A DNA stretch of 64,000 bases from Nitrospirales bacterium (GTDB lineage: Bacteria > Nitrospirota > Nitrospiria > Nitrospirales > UBA8639): assembly GCA_963422365.1 (NCBI GenBank), contig OY729426.1, forward strand, positions 1,536,001-1,600,000, given 5' to 3'. Below the pieces are notes generated by a model. That model ran no database searches and was not told the origin of the DNA. It saw only the letters and a list, made by a program, of their open reading frames with translations. Both the position numbers and the translations under genes were made by a program. Below are positions 11,901 through 23,813 of this stretch, one piece after another (position 1 is the first letter of the stretch; each line of letters opens with the position of its first letter).

Positions 11901-13099
11901 GTGCGAAAATTATCGTGAAAGATGGTGGTCGGGTGACGGTGGGACAGAAACTTGTGGAATGGGACCCGTATTCGTTGACCATTCTGACGGAAGTGGGTGG
12001 GAAAATTGCCTATGGAGATATCTCCGAAGGTGTTACCATGAAAGAAGAGGTCGACGAAATCACCGGCCTGTCCCGCAAGGTGGTCATTGAGCAAGCGGGC
12101 ACCAATCTTCGTCCACGAATTTCGATCAAAGACGAGGGTGGCAAGACGGCGAAATTGCCAGGTTCTGGATCTCAGGCTCGCTATCTCCTCCCTGTGGGTG
12201 CGCATATTTTCGTGGAAAAAGGAGCGATCGTGTATTCAGGAGATGTCTTGGCGAAAATCCCTCGAGAAACTACGAAGACCAAAGACATTACGGGTGGCCT
12301 GCCAAGGGTGGCAGAGTTGTTTGAGGCGAGAAAGCCCAAGGAGCAAGCAGTGATTAGTGAAATCGACGGGGAGGTTTCCTTTGGGGGATTTGTCAAAGGG
12401 ATGAGGAAGATCGTCGTCGATAACACGATGGGAGACATGAAGGAATATTTCATTCCTCGAGGAAAGCACGTCAATGTGCATGAAGGGGATTGGGTGCGCG
12501 CCGGTGAACCTCTCATGGATGGCTCGGCAAATCCCCATGATATTCTGAATGTATTGGGTCCCCGAGAACTGCAGCGCTACTTGGTGAATCAGGTTCAAGA
12601 AGTGTATCGATTGCAGGGGGTGTGGATTAATGACAAGCATATTGAAATTATTGCGAGGCAGATGTTGAAGAAAGTTCGCATTGAAGACCCTGGAGATACC
12701 AACTTTTTGCCAGGGGCCCAAGTTGGGAAATTTGCTTTCACCGATGAAAATCAACGGGTCCTTGCCGATGGGGGGGGGGCTGCTATCGGCAAGCCGGTGT
12801 TGTTGGGTATTACCAAGGCTTCACTGAATACAGACAGCTTTATTTCTGGGGCTTCGTTCCAAGAGACGACACGAGTGCTCACTGAAGCCGCCATCAATGG
12901 GCGGGTTGATGACCTGCGAGGGCTCAAGGAAAACGTCATTGTGGGACGCCTGATCCCTGCGGGAACGGGATTTTTCCACTACCGCGAAACGTTTGTGCCA
13001 GCCGCGGATCAAGCGTTCTTTATTGAGTCAGGTAGGTATGATGAGGAGGATGGATTAGCCGTGACGCAAGGGAACGAGTTGCAGACGCAATCCACGTAA
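8921..13099 (+). CDS. rpoC: RNA polymerase beta' subunit
   Basis: NADFDGD catalytic motif, Zn-finger cysteines; TTG start after GGAGGT. Confidence 0.99.
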   Translation: MESVYALFERPRDAMSFDAMCIRIASPEKIRSWSYGEVKKPETINYRSFKPEKDGLFCAKIFGPTKDWECNCGKYKRMKHRGIVCDKCGVEVIQSKVRRERMGHIELAAPVAHIWFLKGVPSRIGILLDMSLKQLEKILYFEAYVVIDPLETPLKEKDLLTEEKYRECVDQYGPQAFRVGIGAEAIRELLRTVEIEALWAERHEKVRVTTSAALSKKITKRLKVIEAFHKSGNNPEWMILDVIPVLPPELRPLVPLDGGRFATSDLNDLYRRVINRNNRLKRLMELKAPGVIVRNEMRMLQEAVDALFDNGRRGRTIRGANKRPLKSLSDMLKGKQGRFRQNLLGKRVDYSGRSVIVVGPELKLNQCGLPKKMALELFKPFIFHKLEERGAATTIKSAKRLVEKERPEVWDVLDEVIREHPVILNRAPTLHRLGMQAFDPVLVEGKAIRLHPLVCAAFNADFDGDQMAVHVPLSVEAQIEARVLIMSINNVLSPANGRPLAVPSQDMVLGCYWLTQERPGAMGEGKMLYSPEEVRIAYDAGQLDEQAKVKVRIEGVLVETTVGRVLFGEILPASIEFSHVNQVMTKKEMTKLIDAVYREVGVHETVRMLDKLKDLGFYYATKAGVSLCIDNMHIPTQKEVLLDNAQKEVSEVERQYSEGLITNGERYNKVIDIWAHVSERVATEMMKEIKAGGGQGPDDTLNPIFMMADSGARGSSQQIRQLGGMRGLMAKPSGEIIETPITANFREGLTVLQYFISTHGARKGLADTALKTANSGYLTRRLVDISQDVIVSEEDCKTADGIDVSALVEGGEVIQPIEERILGRIVAEDILDPLTGDVVVAGNEELDEARVKAVVEAGIGHVRIRSVLTCQSRWGVCVKCYGRDLARGKLVELGEPVGVTAAQSIGEPGTQLTMRTFHIGGTASKVVEQSVVESRHDGVLRYLSFDAKKNADFHNRHTAVQNKQGEWVVMNRNAKIAVYDDSGREREKYPVVSGAKIIVKDGGRVTVGQKLVEWDPYSLTILTEVGGKIAYGDISEGVTMKEEVDEITGLSRKVVIEQAGTNLRPRISIKDEGGKTAKLPGSGSQARYLLPVGAHIFVEKGAIVYSGDVLAKIPRETTKTKDITGGLPRVAELFEARKPKEQAVISEIDGEVSFGGFVKGMRKIVVDNTMGDMKEYFIPRGKHVNVHEGDWVRAGEPLMDGSANPHDILNVLGPRELQRYLVNQVQEVYRLQGVWINDKHIEIIARQMLKKVRIEDPGDTNFLPGAQVGKFAFTDENQRVLADGGGAAIGKPVLLGITKASLNTDSFISGASFQETTRVLTEAAINGRVDDLRGLKENVIVGRLIPAGTGFFHYRETFVPAADQAFFIESGRYDEEDGLAVTQGNELQTQST

Positions 13100-13117
13100 G
13101 GCGTGGAGTGTTTTATC

Positions 13118-13146
13118 TTGACACGTTGATATTGCATCACTATAAT
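13118..13146 (+). promoter_or_regulatory. Sigma70 promoter of the str operon
   Basis: Exact consensus TTGACA-17 nt-TATAAT upstream of rpsL. Confidence 0.9.
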
Positions 13147-13202
13147 CGAAAGGTTGCCCAACAGATTCATTCCAACGATATACTTGAAGGAAAGATCGTG
13201 AC

Positions 13203-13574
13203 ATGCCAACGGTGAATCAGCTCATCAGAAAAGGCCGCAAGGCCCCAAAAGCCAAAAGTAAAAGCCCTGCGCTTAATCGATGCCCGCAGCGACGGGGTGT
13301 CTGTTTGCGCGTCTATACCACAACTCCGAAAAAACCGAATTCTGCGTTGCGGAAAGTGGCACGTGTGCGTTTGACCACAGGCGTTGAGGTGACAACCTAC
13401 ATCCCGGGCATGGGGCATAACTTGCAAGAACATTCCATTGTGCTCGTGCGTGGTGGTCGGGTGAAGGACTTGCCTGGCGTGCGTTATCATTTGGTCCGAG
13501 GCGCACTTGATGCGGTAGGCGTGGCGAATCGGAAGCAGGGTCGTTCCAAATACGGAGCCAAACGACCGAAATAG
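13203..13574 (+). CDS. rpsL: 30S ribosomal protein S12
   Basis: [20 protein letters not shown]. Confidence 0.99.
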   Translation: MPTVNQLIRKGRKAPKAKSKSPALNRCPQRRGVCLRVYTTTPKKPNSALRKVARVRLTTGVEVTTYIPGMGHNLQEHSIVLVRGGRVKDLPGVRYHLVRGALDAVGVANRKQGRSKYGAKRPK

Positions 13575-13615
13575 TCAGGATAATGTGTTTGCTGTGGGGA
13601 AGGTAGTTTTACAAT

Positions 13616-14086
13616 ATGTCTCGTAGTCAGAGTGCCGTCACAAGAACTCCCGCTGCTGATCCCAAATATCGTGATCACCTTGTGGGGAAGTTTATCAATA
13701 TTCTTATGGCGCGAGGGAAAAAGAGTACAGCCCAACGTGTGTGTTATGGGGCGTTCGATGCCATTCAAAATAAGACTGGCAGTGATCCTTTGAAAGTATT
13801 TCATTCTGCGCTTGGCAATGTAAAGCCAATGGTGGAAGTGAAATCGAGACGGGTGGGCGGTGCGTCGTACCAGGTCCCCGTTGAAATCCGGCCAGTCAGG
13901 CAAGTTGCCTTGGCCTTTCGATGGATTAAGTCCAGTGCTCAGTCTCGAACGGGAAAAAGTATGCAAGACAAGCTTGCTGCCGAGCTGCTTGATGCAGCCA
14001 ATAATACAGGGGTTGCGGTCAAGAAACGAGATGAGACGCACAGAATGGCCGAGGCTAATCGTGCGTTTGCCCATTACCGTTGGTAG
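13616..14086 (+). CDS. rpsG: 30S ribosomal protein S7
   Basis: SRRVGGASYQVP, MAEANRAFAHYRW. Confidence 0.99.
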   Translation: MSRSQSAVTRTPAADPKYRDHLVGKFINILMARGKKSTAQRVCYGAFDAIQNKTGSDPLKVFHSALGNVKPMVEVKSRRVGGASYQVPVEIRPVRQVALAFRWIKSSAQSRTGKSMQDKLAAELLDAANNTGVAVKKRDETHRMAEANRAFAHYRW

Positions 14087-14198
14087 CGGTCTCTTGTTGC
14101 TGTAGTGGAACCACCCTCCACGTGTAGTGTTATTTTTTTCTCAATCTGTGTTCGGATTGGGTGTCTGGATTTTTGCTGTAGCCCGGTGTGGAGGAGTG

Positions 14199-16280
14199 AT
14201 GCCTAGGGAATATCAATTGGAGCGTACTCGGAATATCGGCATCATGGCCCATATTGATGCAGGGAAAACCACGACGACCGAGCGCATCCTTTTTTATACT
14301 GGTGTCTCTCACCGAATGGGTGAGGTGCATGAAGGTGCGGCTCAAATGGATTGGATGGAGCAGGAGCGGGAACGGGGTATTACGATTACTTCTGCGGCGA
14401 CCACCTGTTTCTGGAAGGATCATCGCATTAATATTATCGATACGCCTGGGCATGTGGATTTTACGGTTGAAGTCGAGCGATCCCTTCGCGTGTTGGACGG
14501 AGCCGTGGCAGTTTTTGACTCGGTACAGGGAGTCGAGCCGCAATCAGAAACGGTCTGGCGTCAGGCCGATAAATATCGAGTCCCTCGAATTGCCTTTCTT
14601 AATAAAATGGATCGGGTGGGTGCAGATTTTTCAGGGAGCATTCAAAGTATTATTGATCGTTTGGAAGCCAATCCCGTTCCGGTCCAGTTGCCAATCGGAA
14701 AAGAGGCTGATTTTCGAGGGGTCATTGATCTTGTCTCGATGAAGTCCTACCTCTTTAATGATGAAACGTTGGGCTCGAGTTTTGTGATCGAAGATGTTGC
14801 GCCGGATCTTCTGCCGATGGCTCGATCCTATCGAGATAAAATGGTAGAGGCTGTTGCTGAATTTGATGAGATGGTGCTTGAACAATATCTAAATGGCGAT
14901 CTGCTGAAACCGGATGACATCAAGCGTGCTGTGCGCGCTGGGACCAATCAAATGCAAATCACGCCGGTCTTATGTGGTTCGGCGTTTAAGAATAAAGGGG
15001 TGCAGCCGTTACTAGATGCTGTGGTGGATTTTCTGCCTTCGCCTTTAGATGTTCCAGAAGTAGAAGGGGTTGATCCGGCTAGTGGCACGAAAATGAACAG
15101 TCTGGCCAGTGATGAAGAGCCGTTTTCTGCGTTAGCCTTCAAGATCATGACCGATCCCTTTGCCGGACAACTCACGTATTTTCGTGTTTATTCCGGGAAA
15201 CTGGGAACGGGCTCGTATGTATATAACGTCACCCAGGGTAAACGAGAACGGATCGGGCGTTTACTTAAAATGCATGCGAATAAGCGTGAAGATATTGATA
15301 CGGTGTATGCCGGAGATATTGCTGCTGCGGTCGGGATGAGGGGCGCGAGAACGGGTGATACCTTAGCGCATGAAAAGCATCAAATATTGTTGGAGGTTAT
15401 TAAATTTCCAGAGCCCGTGATTTCTATGGCGGTTGAACCAAAGACCAAGCAGGATCTTGAAAAGCTTGGTTTTTCTTTGGACAAGCTGTCGCAGGAAGAT
15501 CCGTCCTTTCATGTTCGAACCGATGAGGAGACTGGGCAAACGATCATTTCTGGAATGGGGGAGTTGCATCTGGAAATTATTGTTGATCGTCTGGTCAGGG
15601 AATTTAAGGTTCAGGCGAATGTCGGGAAGCCTGAGGTTGCCTATCGCGAAACGATTCGCGGCAAAGGTGAGGCCGAAGGGAAATATATCAAGCAATCTGG
15701 TGGGCGAGGGCAATATGGGCATGTGGTGTTGCGCGTCGAACCGTCTGAGCCTGGGGTGGGGCTTGAGTTTGTCAATAAGATCGTTGGCGGCATTATTCCC
15801 CGTGAATATATCCCTGCGGTGGAAAAAGGGGTGCGGGAGCGAATGGAGTCCGGCGTGGTGGCAGGGTATGCCATGCGGGATGTTCGGGTGACGTTATTTG
15901 ATGGTTCCTTTCATGAGGTCGATTCGAGTGAAATGGGATTTAAAATCGCGGCGTCGATGGCCTTTGAGGTGGCCTGTCGCAAAGCCAGCCCGATCCTGCT
16001 TGAGCCGGTGATGAAGGTGGAAGTTCTCGTTCCTCAGGACTTTGTAGGTGATGTGATTGGGGATTTGAATTCCCGACGAGGAAAGGTGCAAGGAATCAAG
16101 GCGAGGGGCGGCTCTCAGGCCGTTGATGCCACGGTCCCCCTTGGGGAAATGTTCGGGTATGCCACGAGCCTGCGATCGAAGACGCAGGGGCGTGCAACCT
16201 ATTCAATGGAATTTGCGCAATACGAACCGGTTCCCAGGCAACTGGCCGATCAGATTGTCAGTAAGCAACGTGGAGAATAA
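14199..16280 (+). CDS. fusA: Elongation factor G
   Basis: [23 protein letters not shown]; start at ATG after GGAGGAG. Confidence 0.98.
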   Translation: MPREYQLERTRNIGIMAHIDAGKTTTTERILFYTGVSHRMGEVHEGAAQMDWMEQERERGITITSAATTCFWKDHRINIIDTPGHVDFTVEVERSLRVLDGAVAVFDSVQGVEPQSETVWRQADKYRVPRIAFLNKMDRVGADFSGSIQSIIDRLEANPVPVQLPIGKEADFRGVIDLVSMKSYLFNDETLGSSFVIEDVAPDLLPMARSYRDKMVEAVAEFDEMVLEQYLNGDLLKPDDIKRAVRAGTNQMQITPVLCGSAFKNKGVQPLLDAVVDFLPSPLDVPEVEGVDPASGTKMNSLASDEEPFSALAFKIMTDPFAGQLTYFRVYSGKLGTGSYVYNVTQGKRERIGRLLKMHANKREDIDTVYAGDIAAAVGMRGARTGDTLAHEKHQILLEVIKFPEPVISMAVEPKTKQDLEKLGFSLDKLSQEDPSFHVRTDEETGQTIISGMGELHLEIIVDRLVREFKVQANVGKPEVAYRETIRGKGEAEGKYIKQSGGRGQYGHVVLRVEPSEPGVGLEFVNKIVGGIIPREYIPAVEKGVRERMESGVVAGYAMRDVRVTLFDGSFHEVDSSEMGFKIAASMAFEVACRKASPILLEPVMKVEVLVPQDFVGDVIGDLNSRRGKVQGIKARGGSQAVDATVPLGEMFGYATSLRSKTQGRATYSMEFAQYEPVPRQLADQIVSKQRGE

Positions 16281-16370
16281 CGTTGCAGCTTTTTGGAAAG
16301 GCAAGAATGCGACATGACTTTACTCGTTTCTTTCTCGTATAGCCTCAAGCGATTCTCAATCGAAGAGTGA

Positions 16371-17593
16371 GGAGGGGGCAGATGGCGAAGGCGAAATTTA
16401 ATCGGAAGAAGCCGCATGTCAACGTGGGGACGATCGGGCATGTGGATCATGGGAAGACGACGTTAACCTCGGCGCTGACGAAGGTGATGGGGCAGGAGGG
16501 GAAGGCGACGTTTGTCAGCTATGACGAGGTAGCGAAGGCGAGTGAGTCACAGGGGCGGCGGGATCCGACGAAGATTTTGACGATTGCGATTTCGCATGTG
16601 GAGTATGAGACGGACCAGCGGCATTACGCGCATGTGGACTGTCCGGGGCATGCGGATTACGTGAAGAACATGATTACGGGGGCGGCGCAGATGGACGGGG
16701 CGATTCTGGTGGTCTCGGCGGCGGATGGGCCAATGCCGCAGACGCGGGAGCATATTCTGTTAGCGCGGCAGGTAGGGGTGCCCTACATGGTGGTGTTTTT
16801 GAACAAAGCGGACAAAGTCGAGGATCCGGAATTGTTGGAGTTAGTGGAATTAGAGGTTCGGGAGTTGTTAGCGAAGTACCAATTTCCGGGGGACGAGATT
16901 CCGATTATTGTGGGATCGGCGACGAAGGCGCTGGAGGGGGATGGCAGTGCCGTGGGGGTGCCGTCGATCAAGAAGTTGCTGGAGGAGGTGGATGCCTACG
17001 TTCCGACGCCGGCGCGGGCGATTGACAAACCGTTTTTGATGCCGATTGAGGATGTGTTCACGATCAGTGGGCGGGGGACGGTGGTGACAGGGCGCGTGGA
17101 ACGGGGGCAAGTGAAAGTGGGCGATGAGATCGAGATTGTGGGGTTAGGGGAGACGCGGAGCACGGTGGTGACGGGCGTAGAGATGTTCCGGAAGGTGTTG
17201 GATGAAGGGCAGGCGGGGGATAATATTGGGGCGTTGTTGCGCGGGACGAAGAAGGATGACGTAGAGCGGGGGATGGTGTTGGCGAAACCGAAGAGCATGA
17301 CGCCGCATACGCGGTTCAAGGCGGAAGTGTATGTATTGACGAAGGAAGAAGGAGGGCGGCATACGCCGTTTTTCAATGGGTATCGGCCACAGTTTTATTT
17401 TCGGACGACGGATGTGACCGGGGTGGTGCAGTTGGTGGAAGGCGTGGAGATGGTGATGCCGGGGGACAATACGACGTTTACGGGGGAATTGATTGCGCCG
17501 ATTGCGATGGAGCAAGGGGTCCGGTTTGCCGTACGAGAAGGAGGGCGAACGGTGGGAGCCGGCGTCGTCACCGACATTCTCGCCTGAGGAAGG
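16371..17593 (+). repeat. Direct repeat copy B (partner of 290-1512)
   Basis: Apparent identity to copy A, offset 16081 nt. Confidence 0.92.
16382..17587 (+). CDS. tuf: Elongation factor Tu (copy 2)
   Basis: Same protein as 301-1506; follows fusA. Confidence 0.99.
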   Translation: MAKAKFNRKKPHVNVGTIGHVDHGKTTLTSALTKVMGQEGKATFVSYDEVAKASESQGRRDPTKILTIAISHVEYETDQRHYAHVDCPGHADYVKNMITGAAQMDGAILVVSAADGPMPQTREHILLARQVGVPYMVVFLNKADKVEDPELLELVELEVRELLAKYQFPGDEIPIIVGSATKALEGDGSAVGVPSIKKLLEEVDAYVPTPARAIDKPFLMPIEDVFTISGRGTVVTGRVERGQVKVGDEIEIVGLGETRSTVVTGVEMFRKVLDEGQAGDNIGALLRGTKKDDVERGMVLAKPKSMTPHTRFKAEVYVLTKEEGGRHTPFFNGYRPQFYFRTTDVTGVVQLVEGVEMVMPGDNTTFTGELIAPIAMEQGVRFAVREGGRTVGAGVVTDILA

Positions 17594-17599
17594 AATCTA

Positions 17600-17917
17600 G
17601 TGGTGGTAGGTGTGGATCAGCGTATTCGTATCCGATTGAAGGCCTTTGATTATCGAATCCTTGATCAATCGGCAAGGGAAATTGTGGATACCGTCAAGCA
17701 AACGGGTGCGCGCGTTGCTGGACCTATTCCGCTTCCCACTCGTATTGAAAAGTTTACCATTCAGCGGTCTACTCATGCGGATAAGAAATCCCGTGAACAG
17801 TTTGAAATCCGAACCCATAAACGCTTGTTGGATATTCTTGAGCCCACCCCGGAAACAATGGATGCACTCATGAAATTAAATCTGGCTGCCGGGGTGGATG
17901 TGGAGATCAAGCTGTAG
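17600..17917 (+). CDS. rpsJ: 30S ribosomal protein S10 (start codon uncertain, several GTGs)
   Basis: [28 protein letters not shown]. Confidence 0.97.
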   Translation: MVVGVDQRIRIRLKAFDYRILDQSAREIVDTVKQTGARVAGPIPLPTRIEKFTIQRSTHADKKSREQFEIRTHKRLLDILEPTPETMDALMKLNLAAGVDVEIKL

Positions 17918-17957
17918 TGTGACGTCATCGTAAAGGATTGGCTTGTAAGGGTGCTGC

Positions 17958-18581
17958 ATGGTTAGTGGGTTAATAGGGAAAAAATTAGGAATGACGCAGA
18001 TTTACGACGAAAATCGTCGTCTCCATCCCGTGACGGTTATTGCAGCGGGTCCTTGTCTGGTCACGGCCGTTAAGACCAAAAATCATCATGGCTATGATGC
18101 GGTGCAGCTTGGTTATTCGGAAGTTCAGGAGCGGAAGCTCTCCAAAGCCCAGGTGGGACATCTTCGTTCTTCCGGGCAAGAGAAGCTTTTTAGGTATTTA
18201 CGAGAGTTTCGCGGTGTGCCGGATCATCAGGTGGGGGACGCCGTGACGGTTCACCTTTTTGAAAAAGGCGAAGTGGTTCATGTGCAGGGGACCTCAAAGG
18301 GAAAAGGGTTTCAGGGGGTCATGAAGCGGCACAATTTCTCTGGTGGTCCAGCCAGTCATGGTTCGATGTTTCATCGTGCGCCGGGGTCGATCGGCAGTAG
18401 TTCGTATCCCTCTCGCGTTTGGAAAAATCAGGCTCTTCCTGGGCAAATGGGGAATGAGCGGGTCACGGTGAAAGGATTGACCGTCATCGAAATTCGACCG
18501 GAAGAAAATCTGGTCCTCATCGCAGGAGCCGTTCCTGGTCCTGTGGGAGGGCTGGTCCTCATCCGGAAGGCAGGAGGATAA
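17958..18581 (+). CDS. rplC: 50S ribosomal protein L3
   Basis: [24 protein letters not shown]. Confidence 0.98.
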   Translation: MVSGLIGKKLGMTQIYDENRRLHPVTVIAAGPCLVTAVKTKNHHGYDAVQLGYSEVQERKLSKAQVGHLRSSGQEKLFRYLREFRGVPDHQVGDAVTVHLFEKGEVVHVQGTSKGKGFQGVMKRHNFSGGPASHGSMFHRAPGSIGSSSYPSRVWKNQALPGQMGNERVTVKGLTVIEIRPEENLVLIAGAVPGPVGGLVLIRKAGG

Positions 18582-18589
18582 CCAGTCGC

Positions 18590-19213
18590 ATGGCCTTCAT
18601 GGAAGTCGTGGACCAACACCACAAGGTTGTGGGGACCGTTGAGGTGAACGAGATCGTGTTTGGGGCTCAGCCTCATGGCGTTCTTCTGCATTCCGCAGTG
18701 GTGATGCAGCGTGCCTCGCTCCGACAAGGGACTGCAAGTACGAAGGGCCGGAGTGAGGTGAGTGGAACGGGGAGAAAACCGTGGAAGCAAAAGCATACGG
18801 GGCGGGCTCGATCGGGTTCGAATCGATCTCCGGTATGGCGACATGGCGGAACAGTCTTTGGGCCTCGGCCACGAAAGTATGGTTCTTCTATGTCGAAAAA
18901 AATGTATCGAAAGGCCATGCAGAGTGCCCTTTCTTCTAAGAAGGCAGCCGGAGAGTTGGTGATTCTTGCCGATCTCTCCCTTCCGGAACCAAAAACCAAA
19001 TTGATGGCAGAGACGGTGAGGCAATTAGGGGCAACCGGCACGGTGCTTTTCGTGGTGGGAAAAGACAACCGCGCCGTCTTTAGCGCGACGCGGAATTTGG
19101 CTCGAGTGAAAGCCGTCTCACCACAAGAACTCACGGTTTACGATGTGCTTCGATACGAGACGCTCGTGGTGTTGAAGGGCGAATTGGCAAGCGTTCAGGA
19201 GTTGTGGGCATGA
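18590..19213 (+). CDS. rplD: 50S ribosomal protein L4
   Basis: RKPWKQKHTGRAR, GGTVFGPRPR. Confidence 0.98.
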   Translation: MAFMEVVDQHHKVVGTVEVNEIVFGAQPHGVLLHSAVVMQRASLRQGTASTKGRSEVSGTGRKPWKQKHTGRARSGSNRSPVWRHGGTVFGPRPRKYGSSMSKKMYRKAMQSALSSKKAAGELVILADLSLPEPKTKLMAETVRQLGATGTVLFVVGKDNRAVFSATRNLARVKAVSPQELTVYDVLRYETLVVLKGELASVQELWA

Positions 19214-19503
19214 AACGTGACCCGTTTGACGTCTTAGTGAAGCCGTTGTTGACCGAGAAAATCACGGGGCTTCAGGAATCCGCGAACCGCATCGCCTTTG
19301 TCGTGCAAAATGATGCAAATCGGATCGAGGTTCGTCAGGCGGTGGAGTTGGTTCTCAAAGTAAAAGTGAAGTCTGTGAATATCATGAAGGTCATGGGCAA
19401 GAAGAAGCGTCAAGGGCGCTTTCTTGGAAAACGGTCGGACTGGAAGAAGGCCATCGTCACGCTTCACGAAGGAGAAAGGGTGGATTTGTATGAAAGTGCC
19501 TAG
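19210..19503 (+). CDS. rplW: 50S ribosomal protein L23
   Basis: PLLTEK, DWKKAIVTL; ATGA overlap with rplD stop. Confidence 0.97.
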   Translation: MKRDPFDVLVKPLLTEKITGLQESANRIAFVVQNDANRIEVRQAVELVLKVKVKSVNIMKVMGKKKRQGRFLGKRSDWKKAIVTLHEGERVDLYESA

Positions 19504-19773
19504 TAGGACCTTGGGAAAGGCCGTCAGCGTCCTTCTCTCGGCCAGTTGTCGTGCTCACTATTTCCGTTGCACGCTTCGTGGCGCCAACTGGCCGGTGGCC
19601 TTGCTGGATGGGCCATTTTGAAAGTCATGCCGTACAACTGGTGGTTTGAATGTTGCCTGTAGAAGAAACGAGTTCTGTAAATTGTTGAGTTTTTCAATAG
19701 ACTTCTAGTCGGTCGCTTTTGAAAACGTTTCTTTCGCAAAATCTGGAGCTAGAGGAGAGGAAGGTCGCAGACA

Positions 19774-20601
19774 ATGCCGAATAAACCGTATCGTCCGACA
19801 TCGCCTGGGCGTCGAGGCATGACAGTGCTCAAGGACAAGACGCTGTCGAAAGAGCCGCCTGAAAAACGCTTAACCACGGCCATGTCTCGCTCTGGAGGTC
19901 GAAACAACTTTGGTCGCATTACCACCAGATTTCGAGGTGGAGGTCATAAGCGCCTGTATCGAGTCATTGATTTTAAGAGAGATAAAGTTGGCGTGCCTGG
20001 CAAAGTCGTCAGGATAGAATACGATCCCAATCGTTCGGCTCGCATTGCGTTGATTGCGTATGCCGATGGGGAAAAACGGTATATACTTGCTCCCGTTGGG
20101 TTGTCGGTAGGGGATTCCATTCAGGCAGGTCCTGGTTCGGATATTCGTCCTGGAAATGCGCTTTCCTTGTCGTTGATTCCGCTTGGCACCACCATTCATA
20201 ATATTGAACTCAGGCCAGGGAAAGGTGCCCAAGTGGCGCGGAGCGCTGGAGCTTCGTGTCAGGTCATGGGCCGAGAAGGGCAGTATGTTCAGGTCCGCTT
20301 GGTCTCGGGTGAGATGCGTCGGATTCTTGGAACGTGTATGGCGACTGTGGGACAAATTGGGAATCTTGAACACGAGAATGTCACGGTGGGTAAGGCCGGT
20401 CGTTCGAGGTGGATGGGTAAACGTCCTCATGTACGAGGGGTCGTGATGAATCCGGTTGATCATCCTCATGGCGGTGGGGAAGGGAAGTCCGGGCAGGGTA
20501 ACCCCCATCCCGTTTCCCCTTGGGGTGTCCCGACTAAAGGCTTTAAGACTCGGAAGAAGAAATTGTCATCGCAGTTCATTATTTCTCGGCGGACTAAGTA
20601 A
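19774..20601 (+). CDS. rplB: 50S ribosomal protein L2
   Basis: [25 protein letters not shown]. Confidence 0.99.
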   Translation: MPNKPYRPTSPGRRGMTVLKDKTLSKEPPEKRLTTAMSRSGGRNNFGRITTRFRGGGHKRLYRVIDFKRDKVGVPGKVVRIEYDPNRSARIALIAYADGEKRYILAPVGLSVGDSIQAGPGSDIRPGNALSLSLIPLGTTIHNIELRPGKGAQVARSAGASCQVMGREGQYVQVRLVSGEMRRILGTCMATVGQIGNLEHENVTVGKAGRSRWMGKRPHVRGVVMNPVDHPHGGGEGKSGQGNPHPVSPWGVPTKGFKTRKKKLSSQFIISRRTK

Positions 20602-20616
20602 GGAGAGCGAACATCG

Positions 20617-20904
20617 ATGCCGCGTTCAATTCATAAGGGGCCGTTTATCGATTCTCACCTCATGGAAAAGGTGGAAAAGATGAATGCGTCTCCTGACCGG
20701 AGGTTAATTAAAACCTGGTCGCGTCGATCAACGATTATTCCTGAAATGATTGGTCATACTTTTGCTGTGCATAACGGGAAAAAGTTTATTCCAGTCTATG
20801 TGACGGAAAATATGGTTGGGCATAAGCTCGGAGAATTTTCTCCTACCCGGTTTTTTAAGGGCCATGGAGCTGCCAAATCGGAAAAAGCCGTTCCATTGAA
20901 GTAG
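20617..20904 (+). CDS. rpsS: 30S ribosomal protein S19
   Basis: [16 protein letters not shown]. Confidence 0.98.
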   Translation: MPRSIHKGPFIDSHLMEKVEKMNASPDRRLIKTWSRRSTIIPEMIGHTFAVHNGKKFIPVYVTENMVGHKLGEFSPTRFFKGHGAAKSEKAVPLK

Positions 20905-20938
20905 GGTGGTAAGGGTGAAAAACCAGGAAGGGGACCTC

Positions 20939-21286
20939 ATGGCCGAAGCAAAGGCGGTCTTGCGCTACGTCAGAATGACGCCACGAAAAATGCGGATGGT
21001 CATCGATTTAATTCGCGGACGTGATGTGCCTGAGGCCTTGACGCTGCTCAAGTACTTGTCCAGAGCTGCTGCGCCGGTTGTGGCAAAGGTGTTGAATTCC
21101 GCCGTCGCGAATGCCGGCCAGCAGGAGTTGGGAGATCCTGAATCTTTGAAAATCTCAAAAGCCTATGTGGATGGCGGTCCCGTTTTAAAGCGATTTCAGG
21201 CCAGATCTATGGGCAAGGCGAACCCCATCCATAAACGAACGAGTCATGTGACCATTATGGTTTCTCCGGCGAGAAGGGATTCCTGA
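20939..21286 (+). CDS. rplV: 50S ribosomal protein L22
   Basis: TPRKMRMVIDLIRG, SAVANA, KRTSHVT. Confidence 0.97.
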   Translation: MAEAKAVLRYVRMTPRKMRMVIDLIRGRDVPEALTLLKYLSRAAAPVVAKVLNSAVANAGQQELGDPESLKISKAYVDGGPVLKRFQARSMGKANPIHKRTSHVTIMVSPARRDS

Positions 21287-21338
21287 AGAGAAGTGGGTGT
21301 TAACCGTTTCAGTTGACGGAGCGAGGTAAACCGGGTTT

Positions 21339-22004
21339 ATGGGTCAAAAAACACATCCATATGGGTTTCGGCTGGGGTATACCAGGACCTGGACTTCTCG
21401 ATGGTATGCCAGGAAAAATTTTGTAAAGTTGTTGCATGAGGATGTAAAAATTAGGCAAACGGTAAAATCCCGTTTATTTCATGCTGGCATTTCACGAGTG
21501 GAAATTGAACGTTCCGGGAATCAAGTAAAGTTGATCATTTACACGGCCCGCCCTGGCATTATCATCGGAAGAAAAGGTGCCGAAGTTGATAAGTTAAAGG
21601 CTATGCTGGAGCAACGATATGGTCGGGAAGTCTATGTGACGGTCAAGGAAATTAAGAAGCCGGAATTAGACGCGCAGCTTGTTTCTGAAAATATTGCCTT
21701 GCAATTGGAGAAACGCGTTTCCTTTCGTCGTGCCATGAAGCGAAGCGTGGCGTCAGCCCTTCGGTTAGGCGCTCAAGGTGTTCGAGTGTCTTGTGCCGGA
21801 AGGTTGGGCGGAAATGAAATTGCCCGAACGGAATGGTATCGGGAAGGCCGTGTTCCACTTCACACGCTCAGAGCGGATGTGGATTATGGCTTTGCGGAGG
21901 CCCATACGACCATGGGCATTATTGGGGTGAAGGCTTGGATTTATAAGGGCGATGCCGAGTTGCCAAATGCGGCGAAAGACGAAGCTTCGTTGAATTTGCT
22001 CTAG
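21339..22004 (+). CDS. rpsC: 30S ribosomal protein S3
   Basis: [18 protein letters not shown] domain, [11 protein letters not shown]. Confidence 0.98.
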   Translation: MGQKTHPYGFRLGYTRTWTSRWYARKNFVKLLHEDVKIRQTVKSRLFHAGISRVEIERSGNQVKLIIYTARPGIIIGRKGAEVDKLKAMLEQRYGREVYVTVKEIKKPELDAQLVSENIALQLEKRVSFRRAMKRSVASALRLGAQGVRVSCAGRLGGNEIARTEWYREGRVPLHTLRADVDYGFAEAHTTMGIIGVKAWIYKGDAELPNAAKDEASLNLL

Positions 22005-22077
22005 AAAGGTGTTGGCATTTATCGGACGCATGCTTGCGTCCGCCATATTCACTCATGACTTTTGATGTTGCCAGAGT

Positions 22078-22497
22078 ATGTTAGCTCCGAAAAAAGTTAA
22101 ATTTCGAAAAGTGCAAAAAGGCCGTATGCGAGGGAAGGCCTACCGTGGCGGTGACGTGTCTTTTGGAGAATTTGGGCTCAAGGTGCTTGAGCCTGGTCGG
22201 ATTACGGCCCGTCAAATCGAGGCGGCGAGGATTGCGATGACGCGTCATGTGAAGCGCGGTGGAAGAATCTGGACTCGGATTTTCCCTGATAAGCCGATCA
22301 CCAAAAAGCCTGCTGAGGTTCGAATGGGGAAAGGAAAAGGAAGCCCTGAATTTTGGGTTGCCGTGGTGAAGCCAGGCCGGATTCTCTATGAAATGGATGA
22401 TGTGTCGAGAAGTGTGGCGGAAGAGGCGTTTCGTTTGGCCGGTCATAAACTGCCGTTGGCGACAAAATTTGTCGTTCGAGGCGCATACTCTGTCTGA
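22078..22497 (+). CDS. rplP: 50S ribosomal protein L16
   Basis: RQIEAAR, RMGKGKG. Confidence 0.98.
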   Translation: MLAPKKVKFRKVQKGRMRGKAYRGGDVSFGEFGLKVLEPGRITARQIEAARIAMTRHVKRGGRIWTRIFPDKPITKKPAEVRMGKGKGSPEFWVAVVKPGRILYEMDDVSRSVAEEAFRLAGHKLPLATKFVVRGAYSV

Positions 22498-22506
22498 GGC
22501 GCATTA

Positions 22507-22737
22507 ATGGATGTCAAGGAATTCCAAGTCATGGAAGCGGAAGAGTTGATAGGAAAAGTGCATGAGTTGAAGCAGGAATTGTTTCACCTTCGATGTCAAC
22601 ATGCGCTTGGACGCATTGAAAATCCAATGAAGATCCGTCAAGCGCGGAGAGACGTGGCTAGGGCCAAGACCGTGCTTCGCGAAAAACAGGTTGGGGCATT
22701 CAAAAAGTTAATCGTAGGGCGGAAAAGCCAACCGTAG
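22507..22737 (+). CDS. rpmC: 50S ribosomal protein L29
   Basis: [22 protein letters not shown]; synteny. Confidence 0.95.
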   Translation: MDVKEFQVMEAEELIGKVHELKQELFHLRCQHALGRIENPMKIRQARRDVARAKTVLREKQVGAFKKLIVGRKSQP

Positions 22738-22750
22738 GGGTGAAAAAAGC

Positions 22751-23026
22751 ATGACGGACGCACCAAGGCGACAACGTGCATCGTATGGGCGAGTGATGAG
22801 CGACAAAATGGACAAAACGGTCGTCGTGGCGGTTCCGAGACTGGTGTCGCATGCTTTGTACGGAAAAGTGATGCGACGGCTTACCAAGCTTAAAGCCCAT
22901 GATGAGGCGAATGAGTCTCGCATTGGCGATCGTGTGAAAATTGTGGAGACGCGGCCGCTCAGTAAGGATAAACGTTGGCGGTTGGCAGAAATTATTGAGC
23001 GTGGCGAGCAGAACCCATCGCCGTAA
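22751..23026 (+). CDS. rpsQ: 30S ribosomal protein S17
   Basis: [21 protein letters not shown]. Confidence 0.97.
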   Translation: MTDAPRRQRASYGRVMSDKMDKTVVVAVPRLVSHALYGKVMRRLTKLKAHDEANESRIGDRVKIVETRPLSKDKRWRLAEIIERGEQNPSP

Positions 23027-23076
23027 TTGGTGACGGGGGTTGCGTGTTCGGTGGATGTGTGGAGTACTGACGGACG

Positions 23077-23445
23077 ATGATTCAAAATCATAGCTATCTC
23101 GATGTCGCAGATAATTCAGGCGCCAAAAGTGTGCGGTGCTTTCATGTGCTGGGGGGGACTCGTCGACGGTATGGAGGCATTGGCGACATCGTGGTGGTGT
23201 CGGTTCGAGAGGCTATTCCTAAAGCGTCTGTCAAAAAAGGTGATGTAGTCAAAGCGGTGATTGTTCGAACGAAAAAAAGTCGGCGTCGTGAGGATGGCTC
23301 CTATATTCGATTTGATCGCAATGCCTGTGTGTTGGTGAATAATCAAGGGGACCCTGTGGGTACAAGAATTTTCGGTCCCGTTGCTCGGGAATTGAGGAAA
23401 AAGAAGTTCATGAAAATTATTTCACTGGCTCCTGAGGTGTTATAG
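23077..23445 (+). CDS. rplN: 50S ribosomal protein L14
   Basis: [27 protein letters not shown]. Confidence 0.98.
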   Translation: MIQNHSYLDVADNSGAKSVRCFHVLGGTRRRYGGIGDIVVVSVREAIPKASVKKGDVVKAVIVRTKKSRRREDGSYIRFDRNACVLVNNQGDPVGTRIFGPVARELRKKKFMKIISLAPEVL

Positions 23446-23480
23446 CGCGTATGGGGACTCGAACTGCAACAGGAGGCCTG

Positions 23481-23813
23481 ATGGTTGCCAAATCCCGTAT
23501 TCGAAAGGGTGACTCGGTGATCGTGATTGCTGGACGGGAGAAGGGGAAGGTTGGGAAGGTTTTGCACGTGAATGTACGGACCAGCCGAGTGACGGTGGAA
23601 AAACTCAACATTATTAAGCGACATACGAAACCCTCTCAAAAAGTCAGACAAGGCGGCATTTTAGAGCGTGAGGCGCCCATGGCGATTTCGAATGTCATGA
23701 TGTACTCCCAGGCTTCGGGGAAATCCTCACGGGTCAAAATCAAGATGTTGGATGATGGGCGTCGGGTGCGGGTCTTACAGAAAAGTCCTGATGACGTCTT
23801 GGATAAGGTGTGA
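23481..23813 (+). CDS. rplX: 50S ribosomal protein L24
   Basis: KOW motif [23 protein letters not shown] before ATG 23481. Confidence 0.96.
   Translation: MVAKSRIRKGDSVIVIAGREKGKVGKVLHVNVRTSRVTVEKLNIIKRHTKPSQKVRQGGILEREAPMAISNVMMYSQASGKSSRVKIKMLDDGRRVRVLQKSPDDVLDKV

Noticed and set aside
12770..12779. G10 homopolymer in rpoC as a phase-variation site
   Set aside because: It is in frame (DGGGA) in an essential gene, where length switching would be lethal.
14127..14198. N-terminal extensions called for fusA (also rpoA 31866, rplV 20906, rplX 23451, infA 29943, toxin 52784)
   Set aside because: Downstream ATGs match family N-termini and mostly have better RBSs; these are longest-ORF artefacts.
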